A stretch of 64,000 nucleotides of DNA from Tubulanus polymorphus. Its lineage: Eukaryota; Animalia; Nemertea. The translations under genes and the position numbers were made by a program. The first letter of the stretch is position 1; every line of letters starts with the position of its first letter. Below are positions 23,823 to 37,839 of this stretch, piece after piece. The notes under the pieces were generated by a model, which saw only the letters and a list, made by a program, of their open reading frames with translations, had not been told where the DNA came from and made no database searches. The stretch covers positions 11,765,263-11,829,262 of the forward strand of contig NC_134028.1 in the NCBI RefSeq assembly GCF_964204645.1, written 5' to 3'.

Positions 23823-24608
23823 TACCAACAGTCTTGTCATGTGCAGCACTACCAGCTTCACCTGCAGCTGATTGGACAGTGCCAGTTTCTTCGAAAACTT
23901 TAACTAGGCAATGCATGTCAAGGCACCTTTTTTACATAGCTACCAATAGTGAATATAGTCAAACCACACGGTAGTAGTCCGAGTGACGCATATATGAAGC
24001 ACATATACATACATAGTGGCAAACAATTTCTGACCAAACTGGCAGAATGACAAAATACACAGTAGATCTTGAAATACAGTTTTAAATCTTAAAATAAAAG
24101 CCAGAAGTGAAACATGGACAATATGTGAAAACCTGCTGATGTATGGGTGAGCCAATCATAGAGGAGTGTTTGCTTTCTGATAGGCTTTTTAAAACTGATA
24201 CTTTTGCATTCAGATTTTCGTGAAAAACCTCATGTAAATTTTAACAAGGCCCTCTTTCAAAATTCGGCTCCCTACGATTTGGAGTATGGATAATGCTTTA
24301 ATGACTGATTTGTATGAATATATGCTCAGTTGCACAGTCAAAGGACCATTCCTCTGGAAACCATGTCATTAAAATTCACTCCATTTGTATAGTAATAGGC
24401 CCTGCCTACGGCTGGCCTAAAAATGCCTTTTAGAAATTATTTTACAACTTCACAGTCTTTGAATTGAAAGCTCGATGATTCAAAGGGATGTTTAAAGTCC
24501 CAATCATACATAAGACAATTCAACAATAGACTTCAACATTGCCATTCCACATACTCAAGAAATTTAGGATGTATTATAAATCCAGCTTTTCTTTTTGTTT
24601 GAACTTAC

Positions 24609-24735
24609 CGATCGTTGCACCTCGTCAACTATTTCTAATGAAGCTTGACTTATATCATCTCCATCAGTTTCATGCTCGGGCACTGATGAATCAGACTCCA
24701 GGGCAGCAGCAGCAGCAGCAGCAGCCTTGGGATAC
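24609..24735 (-). CDS. Host-gene exon (YPKAAAAAAAALESDSSVPEHETDGDDISQASLEIVDEVQRS)
   Basis: TTTTAG acceptor, GTAAGT donor, 127 nt, only one open frame, phase 2-0. Confidence 0.65.
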
Positions 24736-25074
24736 CTAAAATTGTACACAGAACTCAGATATCAATGTCTACAATAAAACCATCAGTTCAAAGACACCAT
24801 GCCCATTTTGGGAATGGCAAAATACCAACCCAATAAGATTGGTTGCCCCAATCTTCACACTGAGTTTCATGAAAATTCTTTAGAAATTGTAGGCTGTATC
24901 ATGTGAACAAGAAATTCAAGATGACTGCTTGGCAGCTATATACCTGGCTGGTATTTTGATTCCCAATGACCTACAACTGTGATACGGGCACACATTTCAC
25001 CTGCCAAAAGTCGCTCACTAAATTTTATGACAATCCATCAAGAATGACAGGCAGTTGATAATTTGATAATTTCG

Positions 25075-27471
25075 GATTTTTGCTTAAAAAGTCTATCGCT
25101 GTTAAGCAGAAAGCTAATTGCATATCTGAGACTTCCTTTGATGCATGTGTGATTAAATTGTCATTTGGTTCACGTAATGTGAATTTAGTCTACAGACCAC
25201 CACCATCTAGGAAAAACAAGTTTACAGTGTCCATGTTCATTGAGGAATTCACACCAACTCTAGTTGATCTAGTATCACACGCAGGCGAACTCATCATAGT
25301 CGGTGATGTAAACTTTCACCTTGAAAAACATGATTCAGCAGACACGATCAAATTCATTGAGCTATTGGAATCTTTTGGGCTTAAGCAATTCGTAACATTT
25401 CCGACCCACAAATCCGGACATACCCTGGATGCTGTTATAACATTTGGTAGTACTATCAAGAGGATATGCAGAGGGTATATGGTCGCTGACCATCACCTCA
25501 TTGTTTGTATGATTCCAATGTGAAAACCGTCATCAACGAAGAGAGAAATATCAGTCCGAAAACTGAAGACTGTTGATCTTGACAGGGTAAAGCATTCCAA
25601 GAGGCAGTACTACAATACCAGGATTAAAGATGCAAGTTCAGATGGAAAAGCTATGCAGAAAGTGTTTGATGAACTTCTTCTGAAAGATGTTAGTAGAAAG
25701 CTGCCAGATAGTGATGATTGGGAAGAACTTGCAAATAGATTTGCAACTTTCTTTGCTGACAAAAATGAGAGGAATAGCCTATCTTTCCCAGACTCGTGTT
25801 TGGGTCCTGAAACGATGCATTTCGGAGATTGTGAGCTAGCGGAATTTGAGCCAGTCTTGGAGAAAGAGCTTATATCAATAATAGGGAAATCGCCATGTAA
25901 GTCATGTGAGCTTGATGCTTTGCCTACTTGGATGCTGAAAGCCATCCTACCTGCTGTCATTCCTCTCTATTTGGACATTATTAACAGATCGTTGTTGGAA
26001 GGATACGTTCCCGTGTCTATGAAGACTGCGTTAATAACCCCCCTCATTAAAAAAGAGAGCTTAGATACTTCGTCCAGTCAGTAACCTCCCGTTTATCTCC
26101 AAGGTACTGGAGCGTGTTGTAGCTGCTCGTATAACTGCTTATATGGATGCTAACAATTTACATGATATTTACCAGTCTGCGTACAAAACCTGTCACAGCA
26201 CCGAGACAGCTCTTGTCAAGGTTCAAAGTGACATTCGTAACATGGTTGACGCTGATGGTGCTGCCATACTTGTCCTTTTAGACCTGAGTGCTGCCTTCGA
26301 TACTGTGGACCATCTCATCCTTGTAAATCGACTTCAGGTAGTGCTCGGTATTCGTGGTTCAGCACTTCAGTGGTTAATATTGTATCTTGAGAATCGAACG
26401 CATCGTGTCGTTATTAACGGACATTACTCTGATTTCTGCAAAGTTGAGTATGGTGTGCCCCAAGGCTCCGTGCTGGGGCCACTATTGTTCCTCATTTATA
26501 TATTGTCCTTAGTGCAGTTATTTGAGGATAGCAAAGTTTCACGTCATGGTTTTGCGGACGATGGGCAAGTGTATATGGCAATAAATGCAAATCATCGGGC
26601 ATTAGTAGACAAGTTAATGTTATCGAGCTTACATGTTCTCAAGTCAACAAGTGGCTTATCGACAATAAGTTGATGTGCAATGTGGATAAGTTCGAGGCAA
26701 TGTTGTTTAAAACAATGCATATACTGCGTTCAATCAACATACGTAGTATTCGTGTTGACGACTTTGAGATTCCGTTATCGAATAAACCTATCCGAAATCA
26801 TGGAGTTATTTTTTACCCTCAGCTCAATATGGAGGCACATGTTAGTAGTGTTGTCTGTGCTACGTCCTATTATCTTAGGTAGCATCCGGGACTACTTGTC
26901 TGATGCGGCTGCGAAACTGTTGATGCAGTCCCTAGTTTTGTCGAGGATTGACTACTGTAACGCATGCTTGGCAGGACCATCTTTTTCTTCTCTTCACAGA
27001 CTGCAATTAATACAGAACCGTGCCGCTCGTATTGTCACCAAAACAAAGAAATATGAGCATATAACACCTGTGCTTAAGTCCCTTCACTGGTTGCCTGTGA
27101 AACAGCGCATAGAGTTCAAAGTTATTCTCCTTGTTTTTAAGTGCCTCCACTTGTTGGCTCCAGTCTACTTGAGAGATCTACTCGTTCAGTACAATCCAGT
27201 TCGTGCACTAAGATCATCATCTCAAAATTTACTCCAGCCCATTACAACCTAAGTACTTTTGGTGGACGTTCCTTTACTGTAGTTGCTGCTTCCCTTTGGA
27301 ATAACATTGATAACAACCTGCGTAATATTCACGATGTCAACCAGTTTAAACGTTCACTAAAACATCTACTCTTTCAACGTGCCTATACTTAGTGACTATG
27401 AACCATTGCAGTGCGCCGGTGAACTTATTTTTTAAGAAACAGGTGCCTTATAAATGTTTATTATTATTATT
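25075..27471 (+). mobile_element. 5'-truncated L2-clade LINE (APE plus RT, frameshifted, internal deletions)
   Basis: VYRPP, GDVNFH, PTHKSGHTLD, YQSAYK..STETAL, LLDLSAAFDTVDH, GVPQGSVLGP, FADD, SRIDYCN, LHWLPV; (TTA)n tail at ~27458-27471. Confidence 0.92.
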
Positions 27472-27907
27472 AATTAGAAATTCAAGATGGCTGCCCTGGT
27501 GGCCATATTTGATAGCCGATAACCTCCGTTTCCAATAGGATATCTCATCTGCAACAAATATATTTCATTTACAATGTGATGTGAAATTATCACTTGTTGA
27601 AGTATTCAACACCCCTGGTGGCCATATGGAATATCATGTGACCTGGAAACTTTGCCCAGGGACTTTTCATATTGCCAAGTATATACCTGCAACACATCTT
27701 CATTATAAAAAATTCATTTAGAAGTTAATCAGATATCATCTTAACCATGTACTAACCATCCAAAAGAACAAATACGGCAGCATGTCGACCATCTTGGATT
27801 CAACCACAAAATAAAATGCAGGTGCACAACTACATATCCAGATAAACATATGTGTAAATTTACAAGACAGTGCCAGTAGTTTAGGAGTTCTCCCCACAAG
27901 ATTGTGT

Positions 27908-28508
27908 CAGGGATGATAACAGGGCATCATTAAAAAGGCGGAAAAATAACAAACGCCATAGGCCTGAAGTTCCTGGCAGCGTTAGCTGCCAGTCACGAGC
28001 GCCGAAGGCGTGAAGTAATGACAGGGTGTCTGGATGTCCTCCTCCCCCAGAAAATTTTGATTGTTCACATTGTCCCAGATCGTTTTTCAGCAGTTTTAAC
28101 ATTGAAATTTCACTCAGAGAATCAAACAACATTGTCCGATGTTTTACCAATAACACACTGCTAGTTCAAAGACGAGTCAAGATGCTCATCATCTATTCAT
28201 TTGCATAAGAAAACCAATGTAGGCGGGCCACCGGGGCTGCAAAGGCCGTTTTTCAGCACTGCATGCAAGCAACACTCGGAAAAAAATGTAGATAATGTAG
28301 ATGTGTAAAACTTTGTTAAGGAAAATGATCGCATTTAAAAATAGATTGGGAAACGCTTTTATGGTCATACCAATCTATCCTTAAGATGCTATTATCCTCA
28401 CCTACCCACCCCCCTATTTTTTTCAACGGATTAGCATCGATCTGAGAAATAATAAAAATAGATTGAAAAGGCGGAAATCTAACGAAAGGCGGAAAATTAT
28501 CATCCCTG
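27908..28508. mobile_element. hAT-type MITE, TIR CAGGGATGATAA, 6-bp TSD TTGTGT
   Basis: TTGTGT at 27902-27907 and 28509-28514. Confidence 0.88.
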
Positions 28509-28522
28509 TTGTGTCTTGGCTT

Positions 28523-28775
28523 TAGGCCATTTTACAAGCATTTGATTTTTGCGATCGATTTCACAATCGGCGTTTTTATGAACACGATTTTCCGACCAAA
28601 GATGGCGGCACCGGGTAGTTCAAAAGATACACTATTTTTCTCAATGTCTCCATATTTATGTCATGTTATTGGCCAAAACCATTGTCATTTTTACGAACGT
28701 CCGATTCGATCGCACGATCGGAGAAAATTGTTCATGAAATCGATCGCAAAAATCGGATGCTCCTAAAAATGCCTA
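28523..28775. mobile_element. MITE with ~40-bp TIRs
   Basis: TAGGCCATTTT..GATTTTTGCGATCGATTTCA versus TGAAATCGATCGCAAAAATC..AAAAATGCCTA. Confidence 0.75.
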
Positions 28776-31700
28776 CAGACATCTGACAACCTGACTTCAT
28801 TGTGGAGGGTATAACTAGGAGTACAGGGACACCATGCTCACTTGGGAAGAGGTTTGAAACGCATAACGATCCGACAGATGCAATGCACAGTCGTTAACAT
28901 ATAGTTTGTAATTTTGTAATTGTTGTAACAAAATATTCATAATGTGGATCACCTGCTTAACCCTTTACCTGCTGGCAGCTTTAATGTGAAGTCCTGTGTG
29001 TGTGCCAGGTGATTTGCGTGTTTATGAAATTTACTCATCAAATCCTCATAACTTCCAAACTATTGTATATAGGGCATTGAAACTTCACAAAGTTGTAGTT
29101 TATAGCCATAGCCACGGGATAGTGCTTCCAATTTTTGAAAGAAGGGGTCCACTGGGTGGGGTCAGTCCTCTTTCACTTATTTCTGGGGGTGCAGATAGTG
29201 GATGGCAAAATATAGAGCAGTGAAACAGTCAAAGAGGAAGAGGTGAAATACTGTCATTAGGCTAAATGAAGATCGGAAAAAGTAAACAAGACTTTCTAAA
29301 TGGCCCAGTTTATTTTTGTCTCCATCAATTTAACCTTTGGCTTCCACTTATGGCACCAATCATGTACTAGTCTCTTACACAGTAGGCACACAAAATGATA
29401 GAATTCCTCTTCAAAAGTGCATTCATGTCCAGATATTACACAGAACAGAAAGTCAGTAACATCCGGAAGATTGTTCTCCAGAATCAAGATTTCTGGCTGG
29501 GGGTCAGATTTCCCGAAGATTTTTTTCAAGAAAATATATGGCCGGGGTGAGGGAGGGGGTGGGCAGAATTCTGGATGATGGAAAAAAATCTTCCGGAATT
29601 TGCCTCCCCCCTCCCTCCATGGGGTTGTTATGGAGACTGTTGTATACTTCAATTTCTTGTATACTTCAAATTCTATCAGTATTTGAAGCACAAGGTTCCC
29701 AGCTGTTTCGAGTCGTTTTTTTCTTCAATGGTATATATACTGATCAGAATATTTTAATTCACTTGATATTCCTTTAGTTTTAAAAAGCGAACAAGTAACA
29801 AGTAATACTGGGATTCAGTGAACTTTCAGTGAATTCAGTGAATGCAGGCGTTAACAAATCCTGGCACCTCCCCCTGTCCAGGTATTCAATTTTTTATATA
29901 TTTCGTAAGCTAGGAATTCGACCATCATTTCAAAAAATTTCTGTATTAGGCATCCTACCTCCATTAGACTTTCCTATGTGAGGCATAAGTTACCTATTAG
30001 ATGATTACTTACTGTTGTCATTTTTTTGAAATATAAAAAAAATCATAGACCTACCATTAATATCAGCAAAAAATCCAGTCATCTACAGTTCATTTACTGT
30101 AGGGTTCTGCTCCCGATGAATAGTTAGAGGCCTAGATAGCTGGGAGACTACACTCACGGTTCGCTTTTTAAAACTAACCCTTGTTAACTTGTTATTTTGT
30201 CATTTGAAACACAGCCGGGCCCTTATAATGGAATCCCTCTCCCTATTTTTTATTTCCTGATAAATCCTATCTCATTCAACAGGCTGTCGATATTTTCCTA
30301 CAGCAGGAAAAACGATTTTCATACGAAAGATGGATGATAACTGTGGCCAGACATTTGACTCCCAAACAACAGTTTTTGATATCAGTACCCTAGGATTCCG
30401 ACATTATATCACCATCGTAGACGTCGAAAGCCTGATGTATACATGGACAGGGGGTGTCAACATTTTTTTTGACGCCTGCATAAATATGGCCATCTGTTCG
30501 ATTATAACCAATTTGATTTATTCCGTATTTTTATGATTTTGGTTTTGTTTTCCAGTTAACAATTCAAAGTGGGTCGATAATGAATCGAAGGTATACAGAA
30601 AAGGAATGAAAAAAACAAAAAGCCCAGCTATAAAAGGTATGCTATGATATTCTTACATTTCCAATTTCATCTTGCTATCGTAGACAGGCAATTACTTTCG
30701 TTGGGATTTTCTTAGGCTCTTATATTCTCACATGTTTTATGTACCCATAAAGTCTAAGTACCTTCTGTAAATTGGTTAAATCTGTTGCATATTTCTTACA
30801 TACAGTAGACACATTTTACTTACATTCATACAGTAGCCTAAACTGGTATCCAGCAATAATTCAGTAAAATAAAAAAATGTTTGCTTCTGTTTTTCAATAC
30901 ATAAATATCGCCTAGCCCCCATTGGTTATCAGTGTTTGTTACTTCATCTGTGAACGACGCCTTTCATTTTCAGTAGGCATCATTGTTTTAAATGACTGGC
31001 TCTGTTACCCGTCACTGGCAGTCAAAATTATCATTGGTGGAGAATCTTGTTGCAGTGAGTCACAAGCGGTTGAATTGCAAACCTACATCCGGCATAAGTC
31101 CACTTGTTACCTCTGTTGCATTCCTATGGCTGATGAATTATGATTTCTATTGGGAACTATTTATTGGTTTGTTACGTGTACGCACACCCAGTCGCCTATT
31201 GCAATACTGTTCACAACTAACTATATGATCTTAAAGCCTTTTTTCTGCCCAATCTCCAGCACCTTGCGAGTGGATTAATATAATTATTGAGAATGAGAGC
31301 TGCCAGTTAGACGTCACAATGCTCATGGGCTTCTAGTTGCAGGTTTTTGGCAGAGTGGTTTAACTCTTAAAAAATCGCTGGCAGACACGTCAATCCACGT
31401 TAAATCATTCAGTCTTTATGGTCAAAGACCATAGAGCTATCATCGCTAGTAAAATTCCTGCCGTTCAACGAACAACACCCGTAGTATCTCTACTGCCATG
31501 GATATAGTACCATAATGCTGAATCGATATAGAACTGATAATCCGATAAAAAGTTGTCTGTAACGCATCATTTGCATATATCCATGATCCTAACTATGACT
31601 ATCATAACCTGTTGTACCTAAAGTCCCAAAATCGTGATGAATTATGGAAAGTTCTGAGGCGCATGAAGGGCTCACCATATCAGTGAATTGTCTACATCAG

Positions 31701-32493
31701 TTTTACCCAGGAAGAAAGACACTCTAAATATTTGGATGGATATATGAAAGCTGGGGGTACTGGAGTGTGTAATGGGTAGTGTAGTGTGATCTGTGTGCAT
31801 TTGTGGCCAGCACACAGATCATATTGTTCAATGGGGTTTGGTCCAGGACTCGCGAGATTTTCAACAACATGGAAGTAACGTGTAATAAATGATGACTTGA
31901 ATTGCATGACTACCTACCACCCCTCATTATTGTTGGAAAACTAAACGTTCGGCACTGACTAAAAATTAGTAATAACATTTTAGAAATGGCCAGAATCTCA
32001 TTTTTATTTTACAATTGCGATTGGTATAATTTTTTTTTAAACAGCCGTTAAGGCATCATGTTTCGTCTGCAATTCACTGCAAATAGTTACGCAACTACGC
32101 ACATTTCAGTGTTTTTGGCAGCTGTACACTCAATCAGCACCGTTCGTGACTAGCTTCACTGCGGAATTATCATTAATTAACATCGCCATATCACATCATC
32201 AACTTATATTGTGCCTTAAAACCCTAACAGCCGAAATAATTGAAATGCACACACGATTTCTATCATTGAAAATGGAGAGAGTGGCCATGTTTGTGTTTGC
32301 TGCTTCGCGTAAATCCCGCGCGGTGGGGCAACCGCGCGGTGTGGGGCCGATACATCCAGCAATGAAGTGTTATCCCATCACTCTCCTCACAGGTTCTCGT
32401 GCACTGATACATTCCTAAGTAGTTCGTGGACTATACCATTATGGAATATAGGGCCGGAAGGATTGTTTGGGTGATTACACTATTCTTTGTGGG

Positions 32494-32975
32494 CAGAGTT
32501 GCAACTTATGTGACGCTAAAAATCCGGAAAATAAGTCGGGGGTCTGGACCCCCAGAAAAATTTTTGAAATTAGAACGCCAGGAGATGCGTTCTGGCGCAA
32601 TACGCGTTATAGGCCTCATTTTCAATACTGCCTATAGATCATTTTTTCAAATAGCGATTGGTTCCGTCGAATACACCTCATATATAAACCAGAGCCAAAA
32701 ACAAACGAAGCGTCAGTCGATTTCGATCGTCGCGTCATCTTGGTTTAATCGTGTACTGCGGGGTTGTTGCCACTACGTGGCAGCACAATACGGCTTTTTC
32801 AAACCCTCTACGGAGCCGTCACGTTTTGATGTTTAGGGTCGAATCCCGAATTGATTTCATTTTTTTCGCGATGTTTTCTTTTGTGGTTATTTGACTTCTC
32901 CCGAAAATCTGGAAATGAAATTGGATTTCTTAAAAATCCGGAATTCCGGAGAAATCCGGAGAAGTGGCAACTCTG
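32494..32975. mobile_element. hAT-type MITE, TIR CAGAGTTGC(A/C)ACT, ~6-bp TSD
   Basis: Flanks TGTGGG / TGTAGG; TCCGGA subterminal repeats. Confidence 0.8.
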
Positions 32976-33357
32976 TGTAGGGAAGGTAGATATGACCTCC
33001 GCGCTATTATTGACGCTAAACTACATCGTCAGCCACGCATTTCATATTGAAACAGATCGTTACGTTGAAATAAACTAATGTCTTTATAGAACAAATAATC
33101 AATTTATTTTCCCCATTCCTTAAAGAATTTTTCAGGATTTAGGGAAAATAGAACCACTTTTGGCTGGGGATAATGTTCGTTAAACGGTAAAAAACAGCCT
33201 CACGGGAACCCTGGAAACGTGAATTTGTTTTCACTGATGACATCTCCTCGTGGATCCACTCACTACTATTTATTCAATATTAAACGCTGTCTTCGACCAT
33301 ATGGACCTTTATGGTCCTCTTGTTATCATAATTTTTTACAAGGTTTTTTTTTTTCAG

Positions 33358-34597
33358 ATAAAAGAGTCCGGTGGTCAGATGAGGAAGAAATAGCGATTGA
33401 AACTTCCTTAGGAAAGTTCCTTACACTTATGAAGGTGCCTGGCAGAAGAGAAATAGAAGATTGCATTAAAAGAAATCCAGTCTTGCAGCAACGATCATGG
33501 CTTGTGGTTAAGAGTAAAATCTTTAATATGATTGAGAAATTAAAAAAATCCTTCCCTGAATAAAAGGAATAGAACTGAACCACCTGATTTCCGCTAAGTC
33601 TATGCACTGTATTGGTTCTATTTTATTGCATTATGTTTAAATGCAGACAATTGTATTAGAGCTAGGTGCTGGCAACACTGCTTCATAACTGTGTCCTCAG
33701 TTTGATGGCATGGAATCAAGAGTTCATTCTGTATGTTAAAACATTGACAATGTTATCTTAAGTGTGTCCTCAAATTGTTGGCATCTCAAACATTTCCACT
33801 TGTACCTCTGAAATAATGGTTACTTATACCATTAAGTATTTGATACTCGTAATAAATCTTAGAAATGTTTATCATTCTACTTATTATTAGTTGTGTTTAC
33901 TCCATCTATGTGGGTATAATTGGTCATTGTTTTGGAAATTGAATTTGAGAAGTATGATTTATGTTTCTGTTGCATCATCTTGTGACTCCAATTCTGCTGA
34001 CTTGTCATTATTGGATAGGGCAAATGAATTTAGTCTTGAAATACCTCATAAGAAGTTTTTCATGATATTTAACCATCCATTGTCAATTCATTTACTAAAG
34101 TGAAGCGTTGAAAAAATCTTTTTTTAAATACCGATATCATACACTATTAGATTTCAAATTCAATTTCAAGTACGTTCTGATTAAGTCCTCAGTTTGATGG
34201 TATATGATCCAAGTTCAATCAGTTTTTCCTCGATTTGATTTGATTTGAAAACATGGCAGGGAAACATTATTGCGAATGATGTGCAGTTATTTTTTGAAAA
34301 GGGATTACCCAGACAAAGGGATATCTTACCTACCATAAAATTGACTTGAAATATTTGCTACAATGAAGCTTTGACAAAAACTTGATTAAAATACCGATAT
34401 CATACAGTCCTCAGTTTGATGGTATATGATCCGTTCATTCCATTTTTTCCTCGATTTGATTGCAACTCGCTAAGGGGACAATTACAATTTTCCTTTTTGA
34501 AAAGTATTCTTTTAAGGACGACGGTACGTAGACGTACGGTGACGTATGGTCATCGGCCAGACCGTTGACATAGGCTCGGTAATGCGAGCCAAAAAAA
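33358..34597 (+). mobile_element. 3' fragment of a possible tyrosine-recombinase (Crypton-like) element: SANT-like last exon, short repeats, terminal hairpin
   Basis: Exon after TTTTTCAG reads KRVRWSDEEE..VPGRREIEDCI..PVLQQRSWLVVKSKIFN; CCTCAGTTTGATGG x3; GGCTCG/CGAGCC hairpin plus A-run at 34573-34597. Confidence 0.4.
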
Positions 34598-35421
34598 GTG
34601 AAATAATGAAAATTTTCGTAGAAGACGAGTGATGGTAAACTGATACATGTAGCTGACATGTAGCTTAATTCCATAGGACAATCAAAAATCTTCTAACGTC
34701 TCCCAATGTAGAAATATTGATTAAGAAAGGCAAGATTATTACAAACTCTATGATAAAGCAGAATTTAGAAAAGACAGTCTCATCTTCTCACTGCTATCAT
34801 AGTTTTAATGATTATTCATTGTTTGTTGTGAATAAATGAATTTATTTTCTCAAATATATGAACATGGGTATAACAATTTTGTTTGATTACTACATATGTA
34901 TTGAAATTTTACATATTTGAGGAGGACATCTCCATGCGTACATAATATAGGTTATAATACATGGCTGTGAGTATTAGTTATCATCCGAGCAAATCTAGAA
35001 GTAACTCCACATGATACAGCACTTTCACATATCACTTGTGTCTTGTGCTTGGGTCAATAAAATAGGATGTAACACTCAGTGAAAGTGTCACCCTGATATA
35101 AGTTGCATATTCTATAATCATATATATCTACAATTTCATATCGAATGGTTAAAAATATTTCATATCTCTTACTATATGAAATGCTTAATAATGATAATAA
35201 TATAGTATTAATAATGTAATATAACTTATGAATATAGTATCAATATTTGCTTTTTCGTAATCAACATGTCAGACTATACAATATGTATTCAAAGTAATTA
35301 GCTCTAGTCAGTGCTCCTCATCAATTAATTTACGTCCCTCAAACATGTCACTAGGTGTTAGTTTGTGAGTCCTGATGTCTACAACTTGTCTGACACCTAG
35401 GGTAGGGTTGTAAATTTCCAG

Positions 35422-35700
35422 AAATGTCTTGAGCTGTGCTTTGAATGCTGGCAGAGAGTCAATATCACGGAGAGGTTGCGGAAGGGAGTTCCACACTGTA
35501 GGTGTAAATTTCTCAAATGCGCGTCCGCCAAATGACTTAAGACGACATAATCTGACTAACAAAAGGTTCTGCGACCCGGAACGAAGTGTTCGGACTGGTC
35601 TGTAAACTGTTAACAGGCTGGAGAGGTAAGAGGGTGCCAAGTTATGGAGGCACTTAAAAACCAGCAAAGCAACTTTAAATAAGATCCGTTTGCGTACTGG
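35422..35700 (-). mobile_element. L2-clade LINE 3' fragment
   Basis: PVRKRILFKVALLVFKCLHNLAPSYL..RTLRS..FGGRAF..WNSLP..FKAQLKTFL. Confidence 0.85.
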
Positions 35701-36080
35701 TGAACGGAGAATCGGAGAGATGTGATCACGTGACTTAGTTCAAAGTAGTGCGCATGCGCGAAGGGGAAAAGCTGTCTGCTAACAGCTCCGATCAATTTCG
35801 GATTTTTGGACCGTAAAACTAGCTAACGGACTGTGTATTCACTACATATTATCAGATTCGGCCCAAGGAACCATCAGAAATTGCTGAAGCGCTGCGACAA
35901 CGTAAATTGGTTGCATTTGCAGTAGTTTTAAGTCGGTTAGAGACGTTGATTTTGACACTTGGCAACACGTGTGTTTACACCGGAAGTAAACAAACCAGCG
36001 CTTACAGAAATCCATACGCAGAGGAAATAGGACAACTTCATTTTATTATTAACTGACAAGTTAGCCGTTTGAAACCAACT

Positions 36081-37672
36081 ATGATGGCTTCGGGATTAAA
36101 CGAAGGGAATAAGTATTCAATACGTAATAATGAAGCTAACGAAACGAACAGTATTGACGAAATAAACATTTTGGATGTTTCAAGTAGCAACCAGGTGGTG
36201 CTTGCGTCAATTCGCGAAAACCAGGAAAACTCTAAAAATTCACGTAGGACATCGCTGGCACTGGAGCTATCAAATCATCAGGACGTGGCAGGTACATCGA
36301 ATGTTTACCATTGTTCACCTACTAACACCACTACTAACAACACATCCCCCAGTACCGTTGTTACTAATACACTACTAAATCCGACTCACGACGACTGGCC
36401 CGATGATAACAACAGAAATGAAGAGTGGCAGGATGACTGGAGATCCGAGGGGGACGATAGCTCTGATCCCGAACACTTGACCACGCCAAAATTGAAGAAT
36501 CAACAGAGAGTCAAATATCACCTCTCCGGTTCCTCACGTACTAGACAGTTCATCAGACCGCAGCAAGGGATATCATCTACATCAGCTAGTTTCAGTAGAC
36601 CAACATATCTGGCAGCTGAATCGGATACACCAATAGGGTTCTCCCCGATACCTAAGATAAGAATATCCAAAAACACTTCAAACATGCCAGAAAATAGTAT
36701 GGATATTGAAATCGGGCCCCATAAAGGAGACAAACCCATCCAGCAAGCTAGTAAAAAAAGGAAGATGAATATATGTCTATCTTGTGGGGACAGTGGACGC
36801 AATATCAGTTGTTCGATATGTCAAGGCAACTGGTGCGAAACCTGCGTCAGAACGATGTACGAAGATATTGACCTGAAAAATTTGATGTTCTTCATCTGCA
36901 AGCCATGCAAGGAGGATCTTCCTAACCTAAGCAGAACAAGAAATGAGTTTAGTCCTGAAATTACCGGTACTCATAGTTTCTCACCGGAGGACTTAGCTTG
37001 CATGAAAGATATTTTCAAAGCTGGAATCAAAGAGGTTGCCGATCAAAAAGTAGACAAGGACGACTTCAAGCAACTTCTAACTGAATTCAGTAAGCTCAAC
37101 ACAAAGGTTGAAACGATGAGCACAAACCTTGAAAAGTCTGAGACCAAGAGGATACAGGAAATTGAAAAGTAACACAAAATATAGAAAGCGATATTCGTGA
37201 TATAACCGATAGTATCCTGGAGTCAAGACAGAGACGTACCCACCTGATCCTGTACAACGTCCCCGAATGCAATGACCCGGACTGGAAAGTTAGATTAAAA
37301 ACAGATAGTGATGCTGTCGAACGATTTCTCACTGTTACTCTGGGAGCATCAGTCGAAAAACCAAAGCACCTGATGAGATTGGGATCCCAACGTACGGACG
37401 GGTCAGACAGACCTCTTAGAGTAATATTGAATACGGAATGGGAAAAAGATTCATGCTTAGATCGCTATCTCAACAAACTTCGATACAATAGGGATACTTT
37501 AGGAAATATCAGAATGAGCGAAAATAAATCAAAACTTGAAATGAAAAAGTACAAGAAACTACGAGACGAACTCGAAAGAAGACTGCAAAATGGGGAGAAA
37601 AACTTGACAATCAGAAATTACCGAATAGTTGAACAACGAGCCAACAACAGGAGAGATAACAGCTTTCGATAA
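36081..37672 (+). pseudogene. CR1 ORF1 (PHD finger, coiled coil, RRM-like C-terminus), one frameshift at ~37170
   Basis: CLSC..CSICQGNWCETC..FICKPC; continues RRTHLILYNVPE..MRLG..RPLRVIL..LRDELERRLQNGE. Confidence 0.85.
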
Positions 37673-37839
37673 AAGGGATGTAGACCAACAGCCAATCAAA
37701 GTTTGCATCCCAGAAAACACCAGAAAAATTTACAAATATCAGGACGATCAAAAAACGCATGAAACGAAAACTGAAAAAATTCAAGATAATAAATTCCAAG
37801 TAATCGAACGGAACTCCAATCAAAACGCCAGTCGACAAA

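Noticed and set aside
28957-30320. piggyBac-type element bounded by TTAACCCTTTACCTGCTG and CAGCAGGAAAAACGATT
   Set aside because: The right TIR is too degenerate, with no TTAA and no transposase motif.
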